The position numbers and the translations under genes were made by a program. The notes under the pieces are model-generated. The model ran no database searches. It had not been told where the DNA came from and saw nothing but the letters and a program-made list of their open reading frames with translations. DNA of 64,000 bases, taken from the NCBI GenBank assembly GCA_963677495.2, contig CAXXOU010000004.1:768001-832000 (forward strand), given 5' to 3'. This DNA is from Candidatus Cloacimonadales bacterium. GTDB taxonomy: Bacteria > Cloacimonadota > Cloacimonadia > Cloacimonadales > JAFGVF01. Position 1 is the stretch's first letter; every line of letters starts with the position of its first letter. Shown here one piece after another: positions 19,286-28,525 of this stretch.

Positions 19286-20571
19286 TGAAAAAATATTATA
19301 TAGAGACCTATGGATGTCAGATGAATATATCTGACAGTGAGTTGGTGGCTACAATATTAACAGAAGCTGGATTTGAAGAAGCTGAATCGATTGAAGATGC
19401 TGATGTTATTATGTTTAATACCTGTTCTGTAAGACAGCATGCAGAAGATAGAGTTAAGGGTAGAATCTCTAACGAACAATCACGTAAACGAACAAAGAAA
19501 GACCTGCTTATAGGTGTTATGGGCTGTATGGCACAAAGACTTCAAAATCAATTGATAGATATGAAAATAGGTGTTGATTTTGTGGTTGGTGTTGATCAAT
19601 ATCATGAGATACCCAAGATTATCGCAGAGAAAGTAAAAATAACTGCTGATTTTAACTTCGATGAGGTTTATCATAACGTGTATCCTACCCGTAAAGGTAA
19701 GTTTAATGCATTTGTCACTATCATGCGTGGATGTAACAATTTCTGCACATATTGTATTGTTCCATACGTTAGAGGAAGAGAACGTTCAAGACCCTTTGAT
19801 GAGATTATGCATGAGGTAGAAGAAGCCGGGAAAAAGGGGTTCAAGGATATCACACTCCTTGGTCAGAACGTAAATTCATATGCATATCAGGGAATCAAGT
19901 TTCATGAGCTTATGAAAGAAGTAGCTCAAATCGATACTATTAAACGATTAAGATTCGTGACTTCTCATCCAAAGGACTTATCTGATGATTTGATAAGAGT
20001 GATGGCAGAAGAGGATAAAATATGCAAGCATCTGCATCTACCACTGCAGAGTGGAGATAACGAGATTCTGAAACAGATGAATAGAGGGTATACAGCAGAG
20101 CACTATTATGGAATCATCGAAAAACTAAGAGATGCTATGCCAAATATTGGTTTAACTACCGATATAATTGTTGGTTTCCCGGGTGAGACACATGAGCAAT
20201 ATATGAAGACATATAAACTTATGGAGAAGATAAGGTATGAGTATGCTTTCATGTATAAGTACTCTCCAAGGACCGGGACTAAAGCTGCAGAGTTTACAAA
20301 CCAGGTTGAGGAAGCTGTTCGTCTCGAACGGTTAAAAGAAATTATTGAGATGCAACGGGAAATTACTTTACAAAAATATAGAGAGCAGATTGGTTCTATT
20401 AAAGAAGTTTATGTAGAGAATATAAGTAAGAAGTCATCTGAAGAAGTGTCAGGTAAGACAGAGGACTTCAAGATTGCTGTATTTAAAGGGGATAAATCTC
20501 TTATTGGTAAATTTGTAGATGTCAGAATAACAGATGCAACAAGTGGAACTTTAATTGGAGAAAAGGTTTAG
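19285..20571 (+). CDS. miaB: tRNA-2-methylthio-N6-isopentenyladenosine synthase MiaB
   Basis: TYGCQMN, NTCSVR, radical SAM GCNNFCTYCIVP, C-terminal TRAM domain. Confidence 0.95.
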   Translation: MKKYYIETYGCQMNISDSELVATILTEAGFEEAESIEDADVIMFNTCSVRQHAEDRVKGRISNEQSRKRTKKDLLIGVMGCMAQRLQNQLIDMKIGVDFVVGVDQYHEIPKIIAEKVKITADFNFDEVYHNVYPTRKGKFNAFVTIMRGCNNFCTYCIVPYVRGRERSRPFDEIMHEVEEAGKKGFKDITLLGQNVNSYAYQGIKFHELMKEVAQIDTIKRLRFVTSHPKDLSDDLIRVMAEEDKICKHLHLPLQSGDNEILKQMNRGYTAEHYYGIIEKLRDAMPNIGLTTDIIVGFPGETHEQYMKTYKLMEKIRYEYAFMYKYSPRTGTKAAEFTNQVEEAVRLERLKEIIEMQREITLQKYREQIGSIKEVYVENISKKSSEEVSGKTEDFKIAVFKGDKSLIGKFVDVRITDATSGTLIGEKV

Positions 20572-20577
20572 GATATC

Positions 20578-21783
20578 ATGAGTCTCTATCGTACTAACTA
20601 CGAGGTGAAAGATTTTAAAATAATCAAGTTTATTAGAAGTGACTATTTAGGTGAACTATATATTGCAGAAGACAGTGTATTGAAGACTAAAGTATTCCTA
20701 CGAGTCTTTACGGACATATCTCTCACTTCAGAACTGGATATACCTCTTATGGAGGAAGCTAAGAAACAAGTTAAACTGCATCATGAGAATATCTTAACGC
20801 TTAATAGTATGATTATCTATGATGAGAGAATATGCTTAATATTCAGTTACTCTGAGGGCGAGTTTTTATCTGATATACTTAAAGATTATGACCAACTTAG
20901 TGAGAAGAAAACACTTACAATTGTAAGAGACCTATGCCAGTCTTTACATGATTCACACATGCATGGTTTGATCAACGGTAATCTTACTCCTGATGATGTT
21001 ATTGTCGCCAAAGATAAAAGTGTGAAGATCATGAACTTTAACTGGCGTGAACTCTTAATACCATACATGAAGAATGATGTACTAAGTGAATTTTACCTGT
21101 ATAGAGCACCGGAACTATTCAAAGAGAGTATTTTGCCAACTATAAAGAGTGATCTTTATAGTCTTGGCTTAATTATGCATCAGCTCCTGTTTGGAAAGTT
21201 GCCATATGAAAAGGGTAATAGCCTTGTTCAGCTCTATGAGAATGTTAAAACTCCAACTATTGAGAAGAGTGAAAAATTCACTCATGAAGTCTCAGCTATT
21301 TTTGATAAGTTACTTGCATATGAGCCGGGGAACAGGTATAATCAACCATTTAATTTAATTACGGTACTAAACAACTTCCTATTTATGCGTGAGGAGCTTT
21401 TCGATACACATAAATCAGAAGTTATAGATTTGCCAATTCCTGTATATAGTTCACAAGATAATGCTAAAGAAGATACTGAAGAAGTGGTAGAAAATACAAA
21501 ACCTCAGGAAGTTATCGATACAGTACAAGAATCTGAAGAGGATACGTCATCATCAGAAGAAGAATCTCAATTGGAAAGTATTGACCAGCAATCTGAGGAA
21601 GTAGTTGATGGAGAGAACGTTGGAGAGAAGCTTGAAATAGCGTTCTATAAGAATAAGTATCAGGAATTGACAGCAGGATATAAAAGAGTTCTCACTTTAG
21701 CAGGACTGGCATTTGTTCTTATGGTGTTGATGCTTGTGTTCTTTCCTGAATCTATTGGAGCCTGGTTACTGGGGCAGTATTAG
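20578..21783 (+). CDS. Hanks-type Ser/Thr kinase-fold protein, probably inactive, with C-terminal TM helix
   Basis: LHHENI, YRAPE, SDLYSLG, KLPY retained; catalytic motifs degenerate. Confidence 0.8.
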   Translation: MSLYRTNYEVKDFKIIKFIRSDYLGELYIAEDSVLKTKVFLRVFTDISLTSELDIPLMEEAKKQVKLHHENILTLNSMIIYDERICLIFSYSEGEFLSDILKDYDQLSEKKTLTIVRDLCQSLHDSHMHGLINGNLTPDDVIVAKDKSVKIMNFNWRELLIPYMKNDVLSEFYLYRAPELFKESILPTIKSDLYSLGLIMHQLLFGKLPYEKGNSLVQLYENVKTPTIEKSEKFTHEVSAIFDKLLAYEPGNRYNQPFNLITVLNNFLFMREELFDTHKSEVIDLPIPVYSSQDNAKEDTEEVVENTKPQEVIDTVQESEEDTSSSEEESQLESIDQQSEEVVDGENVGEKLEIAFYKNKYQELTAGYKRVLTLAGLAFVLMVLMLVFFPESIGAWLLGQY

Positions 21784-23678
21784 TTATACACAAATATTAA
21801 GCCACTTGTAGGAAATACCCAACTGTCACTGTCAGTTGATATCTCAATAGTATCTTCGGTCTTTACAATATTGGGATATCTGGTTTGACCTGAGAATACA
21901 GTAACAACCTCCATGTCTTTACACTTTCCCTTAAACTTTAAAGTAGTTTTAACTCCTTTAGTAAGCTCAGCTATGTAGACAGAAAACTGTTTATGTGACT
22001 TGGGATAGAAGGTTGAAGTTTTGATTTTAAAATCTACTTCTGTGTCATATAGAGAAGAGAGTATAGTGTTGGAACATATATATTTATATTCACCATCACG
22101 AGAAACTACTTTAACTTCTAATGCGATATTATTAACTGATACTTCTAGTAGGTTAAATGAATTCTCATCAATAGCAAAACCTTCATCTAAGAACCATCTG
22201 TAAATAACTTCAGGCTTAAGAAAGTATCTCTGCAAACTACTTTCGTTTTCAGTGCAAACAATAACCAGTTCTTTGTGCTTTAGCACTTTCTTAAAGCTAA
22301 GACTTGTTTCTATCCGGTAATATCCGGTTCGAGAGTTATCATCTAAGAAATTTATGTCATGAACAAACTCACTGCGATATGAAAAGTCATTGTCATATCT
22401 AAAAAAGAGATCTCGTAAGACGCTTTTATAAAGCATTTGTGAGACTTCACTTCCCTGCATACGCTCTCGCAATGCAGATTCAATAACTCCATTTAGAGAT
22501 CTGTTATTGAAGTCATGACTAAAGAAACCTCGACGCATTAATGGAGCCGAATCCACTATTACACCAGAACGTTTAAAGTATCTTTTCGCTCTTCTACCAA
22601 CTTGGCAAAGCAACTCATAGCTTAAACCATTATAATATTTTGTAAGGTTTTCAGCTCTTAACTCCAGAAATGATCCACCTATAAGAGTAACCTCTGTTCC
22701 TAAAAGGTCTCCCTGATTATCAGTAACATCTACTGTTATCATATCCATGCTAACTTTGCCTATGATAGGGTAGAGTTTGTGTTCTATCTCAACCTGACCT
22801 TTATTGGACAGAAGGAAGTCATATCCATCTGCATAACCAACAGGCAATATAGCATATCTGGTTTCCCGAACTGTTGTGTAAGTCCTATTATAACCTATGC
22901 TTTCTCCTACTCTTGCATCATGTATTTGAGATATTCTTGTTTTAAAACTAAGGACCGGTTTTAGATTTAGATGTACGATTTGAGAGATATCTGTATAAAC
23001 TCCATAAGTCAAAATCCCTAACCTCACCAGATTACAGAGCTTTGGGATTCCATTTATTACTGCCGAACTGTTAGCCTGATGAATGTATCTAGGTTTGAAA
23101 CTCAGCTTGTTTATGATATCTTCAAATCTCTCAGTCTGCAACTTAGTAAACATTGCATCGTTTTCACTTCCAGCATAATGAGAGAAAACACCCTCAATTT
23201 CTAATCCGGGTAGATTATATAACTGTTCAATAAAGTCAGTAGCATGTTGCCATTGGTAACCTGACCTGTTCATTCCTGTATCAACATTTACATGAGCTTT
23301 ACAGACTAAACCTTTCTCTTTTGCAAGCTTTGATAATGCATTAGCAGTAACGATGTCACTAATTGCGGGTGTCAGGTTGTACTCTAAAACAATATCTATT
23401 TCGTTAAGGTTGATAGGGGAAAGGACTAAAATAGGTAACTCAATGCCTTGATATCTTAGAATTGAGGCTTCATCAACATTAGCAACACCAAGCATTTTAG
23501 CACCGGCTTTTTGGGCTTCTAAAGCAATATTCCATGCAGAATGTCCATATGCATCAGCTTTTACTATCTGTAAGAAGTCTGTAGATTCAGGAATAAATCT
23601 CTTCAGTTCATCAATGTTATGATGATAGTTATCAAGATCTATCTCTACCCATGTTCTATCTTTAATATCAATACTCAT
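21780..23678 (-). CDS. alr: Alanine racemase with ~260-aa C-terminal extra domain
   Basis: IVKADAYGH, VDTGMNRSG, IGYNRTY, GYADGY, GKVSMDM, YELLC. Confidence 0.9.
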   Translation of the reverse strand: MSIDIKDRTWVEIDLDNYHHNIDELKRFIPESTDFLQIVKADAYGHSAWNIALEAQKAGAKMLGVANVDEASILRYQGIELPILVLSPINLNEIDIVLEYNLTPAISDIVTANALSKLAKEKGLVCKAHVNVDTGMNRSGYQWQHATDFIEQLYNLPGLEIEGVFSHYAGSENDAMFTKLQTERFEDIINKLSFKPRYIHQANSSAVINGIPKLCNLVRLGILTYGVYTDISQIVHLNLKPVLSFKTRISQIHDARVGESIGYNRTYTTVRETRYAILPVGYADGYDFLLSNKGQVEIEHKLYPIIGKVSMDMITVDVTDNQGDLLGTEVTLIGGSFLELRAENLTKYYNGLSYELLCQVGRRAKRYFKRSGVIVDSAPLMRRGFFSHDFNNRSLNGVIESALRERMQGSEVSQMLYKSVLRDLFFRYDNDFSYRSEFVHDINFLDDNSRTGYYRIETSLSFKKVLKHKELVIVCTENESSLQRYFLKPEVIYRWFLDEGFAIDENSFNLLEVSVNNIALEVKVVSRDGEYKYICSNTILSSLYDTEVDFKIKTSTFYPKSHKQFSVYIAELTKGVKTTLKFKGKCKDMEVVTVFSGQTRYPNIVKTEDTIEISTDSDSWVFPTSGLIFVYN

Positions 23679-25042
23679 TAGAAATACTTAGCTGCCATCT
23701 CGGCAAGTTTAGAGCGTTCACCCTTTTGTAAAGTTACGTGTCCAACCAGCTCTTCATTTTTTAGCAACTCTACAACTCTACTTAAACCATTACTCTGAGA
23801 GTCAAGATATGGCATATCTATCTGGTATGGATCACCTGTGAGTACGATTTTTGTACCTTCTCCGGCTCTGGTTATGATAGTTTTCATCTCGTGAGGAGTT
23901 AGATTCTGAGCTTCATCTATAATCATAAACTGATTTGGTAAGTTTCTACCTCTGATGTAGGTAAGGGGTTCTAATTCTATGAAACCAAAATCAAGAAAGT
24001 CATCTAAACCTATATTCTGTTTTCCGAAGACTCGAACATTATCTTTATGATATGAATCCTGATGATTGGTAATCAAGATCTCCATATTGTCATATATTGG
24101 TTGCATCCATGGGTTAAACTTTTCAGACTTAGAACCCGGTAAGTAACCAAGGTCTTTGCCAAGGGGTGAGATAGGTCGTGATATAACTAATCTCTTGTAA
24201 AAGTCATCCTCTACAACTTTTTGAAGCCCTGCAGCCATCGCTAACAACGTTTTACCTGTTCCTGCTATTCCTGATAGAGAAACCATTTTGACATCGTCAT
24301 CGAGTAATAGATCAAGAGCCATTACTTGTTCCATGTTCCTGGATGTAATACCGAACACCTCCTGCTCCATGGAGTAGTTCTTTAGCATATTGATAGAATG
24401 TTCTCTAGTATTGTATCTTCCAAGAACATAACTATCTTCAGTTGAAGGTTCATTAGTACAGGTAAGCTTCACGAACTGGTTTGGATAGAACTCACCGAAC
24501 TCCTCCTCAACAAAGATAAAACCATTAGTAAGATATAATCCAAGTTGACTTTGGCTAATCTCAAGCTCTCTAAACCCGGTATACATCTCATCAAAGTTAA
24601 CCAGGTCATCTTGATAGTTGCTGGCTTTTAAACCGATTGTATCAGCTTTAATCCTTACATTTGTATCTTTAGACAAGAGTACTACTTCAGAATCAGGATA
24701 TTTCTCTTTGAAATGAAGAGCTGTCGCAATAATGAGATTATCATTTTTATCAAGAAAGAACATGTTCTCAGGTTTAGCCATTGAATCATTCATTACGGTA
24801 ACTTGGATGATACCACCTTGCTCATTCTCAACGCCATCTTTTAGTGATCCCTTTTCTCTTAAAGAATCTAGGTATCTACCTAATTGTCTAGCATTTCTGC
24901 CCTTTTCATCAAGGCTCTTTTTGAACTGATCTATCTCCTCAATCACAACCATTGGGATGACTACTCTATCATTACCGAAACTAAAGATTGCGTTAGGATT
25001 ATGAATCAGTACATTTGTATCTAAAATGTTTATTGTACTCAC
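23678..25042 (-). CDS. PhoH-family ATPase with N-terminal PIN domain (PhoH2/YlaK-like)
   Basis: LDTNVLIH, GIAGTGKTLLA, YIRGR, IIDEAQNLT, GDPYQID. Confidence 0.92.
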   Translation of the reverse strand: MSTINILDTNVLIHNPNAIFSFGNDRVVIPMVVIEEIDQFKKSLDEKGRNARQLGRYLDSLREKGSLKDGVENEQGGIIQVTVMNDSMAKPENMFFLDKNDNLIIATALHFKEKYPDSEVVLLSKDTNVRIKADTIGLKASNYQDDLVNFDEMYTGFRELEISQSQLGLYLTNGFIFVEEEFGEFYPNQFVKLTCTNEPSTEDSYVLGRYNTREHSINMLKNYSMEQEVFGITSRNMEQVMALDLLLDDDVKMVSLSGIAGTGKTLLAMAAGLQKVVEDDFYKRLVISRPISPLGKDLGYLPGSKSEKFNPWMQPIYDNMEILITNHQDSYHKDNVRVFGKQNIGLDDFLDFGFIELEPLTYIRGRNLPNQFMIIDEAQNLTPHEMKTIITRAGEGTKIVLTGDPYQIDMPYLDSQSNGLSRVVELLKNEELVGHVTLQKGERSKLAEMAAKYF

Positions 25043-25045
25043 AAA

Positions 25046-25954
25046 CTATTCCTCTTTGTTTCGTCCTACCGCTCCTGCATAAACTAGGAATTCATCGTTA
25101 CCATCAATGTTGAGATAAGGGATTGCAAGTTCATCAAAGAATGCTCCGATTGTGCATACACCAAGATTCAGTGCTTCTCCCGCAAGATAGAGGTTTTGCC
25201 CAACGTGCCCGGCATCAAGATAGATGTATCTATGCCCACGTTGACAATATCTCCAGGTTGTTCTATAAGAAATGGCTGTCCACATGAATACTACAGCTGC
25301 TGTTTTTGCTATTGATTGCCCGGCACATAGATCAGTACATTTTTGACCATTATCGTCTGAATCACTTAAAAGAACTAAAGCATGTTTATCAGCTCTATAG
25401 AAATATAATCCAGGCTTTAAACCATTGCACCTGTTAATCTGTAGATATGTTTCAAATGGATGTCTACAACCGGCTGAAGCGACATATCTGAAACCAACAT
25501 GAATCCTTTCATTCTTAAGTTCTTTACGGATACCTTGAGTATGAAGGAGAAGATAAGAAAGCTCAGTTAAGCTTAAAGCATCATCAGAGTAATCTCTCCG
25601 ACTAACTCTTTCAAGATTGACTTTCGTAAAGCTATCATTTACAGGAGTATAATCTTTTATGTCTGGAAGCTCAATGAGCTCACCCTCAATAATTTTATAA
25701 GGTGATAAAGCTGGCTTCCCCTTCTGTTGATCAGAAACAGATTTAAACTGATAACTAGTTAACTGTCTGAACTTATCTCCGATTTGTACAGATTCTTCCT
25801 CATTCTCTTTGAGGTAGTTAAGTTGATTAGCAAAACGTTCTTCGTACTCGTTGTATTGATCCTCTGAAATTTCTAACTCTTTGATTACTGTCTCTTTATT
25901 GTACCCACTGGCACTCATATACACGTATAAAAATTCTGATTTTGATTTAAACAT
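25046..25954 (-). CDS. SagB/ThcOx-family (nitroreductase-fold) dehydrogenase
   Basis: RVSRRDY, RYVASAGCRHPFETY, LDAGHVGQNLYLA, IGAF. Confidence 0.88.
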   Translation of the reverse strand: MFKSKSEFLYVYMSASGYNKETVIKELEISEDQYNEYEERFANQLNYLKENEEESVQIGDKFRQLTSYQFKSVSDQQKGKPALSPYKIIEGELIELPDIKDYTPVNDSFTKVNLERVSRRDYSDDALSLTELSYLLLHTQGIRKELKNERIHVGFRYVASAGCRHPFETYLQINRCNGLKPGLYFYRADKHALVLLSDSDDNGQKCTDLCAGQSIAKTAAVVFMWTAISYRTTWRYCQRGHRYIYLDAGHVGQNLYLAGEALNLGVCTIGAFFDELAIPYLNIDGNDEFLVYAGAVGRNKEE

Positions 25955-26225
25955 AAATCCTCCACTAACACTTTTCTAGTTCGCATAAACTTTAAGTCAA
26001 CAAAAAACAGATGCTTTTAGGTTCATTAACCATTAATTCACAAAACAAAGCACCTATAATACGTTTCATTGCTCTCAGTCTGATTGTATTATGAACGAAT
26101 ATCGAAAAGATAACCAACCCAACCATTAGTTTAAAGTAATATGATGAATTTGAGGACTTTGTTTTGCTAACTTGTTAAGTATACCCTTTTCCACAATGCT
26201 AAACTGAGTATATGCTCTAAATAAA

Positions 26226-26259
26226 GACAAAGCTATGAATAAAATCTCATAGCTTTGTC
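26226..26259. terminator. Stem-loop downstream of the carboxylase operon
   Basis: GACAAAGCTATGA / TCATAGCTTTGTC, a 13-bp stem. Confidence 0.65.
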
Positions 26260-26311
26260 AACATTCTGAAGTCTGCAGTAAAGCAGACTATAATTTATAA
26301 TTGCTTCTGAA

Positions 26312-28297
26312 TTAGTCAGCTTTAATAACCATTAAAGCATCACCTTTAGCTACAGAGTCACCAGATGCGAAAGGCATTTCAACAACAGTACCGGATACAG
26401 GGCTTGGGATGTTATTAAACATCTTCATCGCTTCAAGTACAAGCACAGTTTCACCTGCTTCAACATGGTCCCCTACGTTCTTTTCATAGCTTACAAGCAT
26501 ACCCGGCATTGGTGCTTCTACAGCACTGCCACCTTCGGTAGCAACTGGTTTTGCTGCAGGTTTAGGAGCAGGAGCTGCTGCAGGAGCTGGTTGTGGCTTA
26601 GGTGCACTTACTTTAGGTACTGCAGGACGAGGAGCACTTGCTACGATTGCAGGCATCTCTTTGTCATCAACTTCAACTTTGAAGTAGTCACCATCAACAT
26701 AAACATCAAAAGAACGAACGTTCTCTGATTTCTCAGGAACATCTTTAGCAGGTTTAGCAGTTAACTCACCACTAAGTGCCTTCTTGATGAGTTCTTCCTC
26801 TTCTTTTACCTGTTCTAGAGTCTTTGGTTTAACATCAGCAGGAATATCTTTCTTACCATATTTCCACTCAAGGAATCTCTTACCTGTAATAGGATAAAGA
26901 GCAACGATAAGCTCATCATCAATGTCTTTAGCAAGTCCTTTCACGCTTTCTTGAACCGCAGGAAGTTCAGGCTCAATAATGTCACCGGGGCGTACACTGA
27001 TTGGTTCTTCACCACGAGGGTAGCCATTTAGTGCTTTTGCTCTAACTTCAGGATCGATATCAAGTGTGGTTTTACCATAAAGTCCGAAACAAAGGTCTTT
27101 TACTTGCTCAGTGATTGATTTATATTCACCCATCTTATCATCAAACAGAACATTATTCACAGTCTGAATACCAACAATCTGACTTGTTGGTGTTACAAGT
27201 GGAACTGTACCGAGGTCTTTTCTAACTGCCGGAAGTGTTTCGAACACTTCTTCAAGTTTATCAAGAGCATCCATTTGACGGAGCTGATTAACAAGGTTAG
27301 AAAGCATTCCACCCGGTGTCTGATGAATAATAACGTTTGTATCGATGATTGAGAACTTAGTGTTATCAGCGAACTGTTTGTACTTAGGAATCACTTTCTC
27401 AAGTTCTTTATCAATTGCCGCAAGAGCTTTTATATCAAAACCTGTGTCACGGTTTGTACCAAGTAATGATACAACAAGTGGTTCAACAGCTGCATGTGAA
27501 GTTCTATAAGCAAAAGGAGCCATACAAGTATCAATTACATCAACACCTGCTTCAATAGCTTTAAAAAGCGTCAAATCGCCCATTCCTGAAGTGAAATGAG
27601 TGTGAAGGTGGATTGGTACACTGACAACTTCTTTTAGAGCTTTAATAAGGTTATATGCATCGTAAGGTGCAATTAAACCAGCCATATCTTTAATACAAAC
27701 TGAGTCTGCACCAAGAGCTTCAAGCTGCTTAGCTTTATCAATGTAGTAATCGATATTGTAAACGTCTCCACCCATTCTCATCTCTGTGAGTGAGTAGCAG
27801 ATAGTTCCCTGGAAATGCTTATTGTTTTTCTTGATAACTTTAAGAGCTGTCTCGAAGTTACGGAAATCATTTAAAGCATCAAAGACACGGAAAATATCGA
27901 TACCATTGTCACATGCTCTTTGTACGAATGCTTCCACAACATCATCAGCGTAGTTTCTGTAACCTACAACATTTTGGCCTCTAAGCAACATTGAGAATGG
28001 TGTGTTCTTTATATATTTTTTGAGAGTTCTAATTCTCTCCCAAGGATCTTCACCTAAATAACGATGCATCACATCAAAAGTAGCACCACCCCATACTTCC
28101 ATAGAATGGAATCCGACTTTATCCATTGCTTCTGCAATAGTGATCAAGTCTTCTGTTCTACCTCTAGTAGCAAAAAGGGACTGATGTCCGTCTCTGAAAG
28201 TTACATCTTGAATTTTAATCGGGTTTTCAGCTTTTGGACGATTAGGATCGTATTTCATTTCTGCCATCTGCAGAACACCGTGTTTATCAAAATTCAT
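26312..28297 (-). CDS. Pyruvate/oxaloacetate carboxyltransferase fused to a biotin carrier (pyruvate carboxylase subunit B / transcarboxylase 5S+1.3S-like)
   Basis: RDGHQSL, EVWGGATFD, IKDMAG, HTH, PLVTPTSQIVG, Pro/Ala linker, EAMKM biotinyl Lys; start ATG 28297 with RBS GGAGG. Confidence 0.92.
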   Translation of the reverse strand: MNFDKHGVLQMAEMKYDPNRPKAENPIKIQDVTFRDGHQSLFATRGRTEDLITIAEAMDKVGFHSMEVWGGATFDVMHRYLGEDPWERIRTLKKYIKNTPFSMLLRGQNVVGYRNYADDVVEAFVQRACDNGIDIFRVFDALNDFRNFETALKVIKKNNKHFQGTICYSLTEMRMGGDVYNIDYYIDKAKQLEALGADSVCIKDMAGLIAPYDAYNLIKALKEVVSVPIHLHTHFTSGMGDLTLFKAIEAGVDVIDTCMAPFAYRTSHAAVEPLVVSLLGTNRDTGFDIKALAAIDKELEKVIPKYKQFADNTKFSIIDTNVIIHQTPGGMLSNLVNQLRQMDALDKLEEVFETLPAVRKDLGTVPLVTPTSQIVGIQTVNNVLFDDKMGEYKSITEQVKDLCFGLYGKTTLDIDPEVRAKALNGYPRGEEPISVRPGDIIEPELPAVQESVKGLAKDIDDELIVALYPITGKRFLEWKYGKKDIPADVKPKTLEQVKEEEELIKKALSGELTAKPAKDVPEKSENVRSFDVYVDGDYFKVEVDDKEMPAIVASAPRPAVPKVSAPKPQPAPAAAPAPKPAAKPVATEGGSAVEAPMPGMLVSYEKNVGDHVEAGETVLVLEAMKMFNNIPSPVSGTVVEMPFASGDSVAKGDALMVIKAD

Positions 28298-28327
28298 TAT
28301 TCCTCCGGATATATTCAATTTCTATTA

Positions 28328-28516
28328 TTATCGTTTAAGAACACGGCGTTGCATCATCTGATTATTAATCATCTGATTCTGTCTGCCGTAGAATGCCCAG
28401 CTTGTAGGCAAGTTCGGTGGTTTAATCTCAGGTGCAGGCATTTGAGCCTTTTCAGCCTGTACATATTGAAGTACTGCAGAGATAGCTGCAATCTGTTTTT
28501 TCTTCATATCTTCCAT
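28328..28516 (-). CDS. Small putative accessory (epsilon-like) carboxylase subunit
   Basis: 62 aa, RBS AAGGAG; IAAISAVL...SWAFYGR; lies between the two carboxyltransferase genes. Confidence 0.65.
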   Translation of the reverse strand: MEDMKKKQIAAISAVLQYVQAEKAQMPAPEIKPPNLPTSWAFYGRQNQMINNQMMQRRVLKR

Positions 28517-28525
28517 TACTACTCC

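Noticed and set aside
25046..25954. Azole-RiPP cluster around the SagB-like gene
   Set aside because: No YcaO, E1-like protein or precursor nearby.
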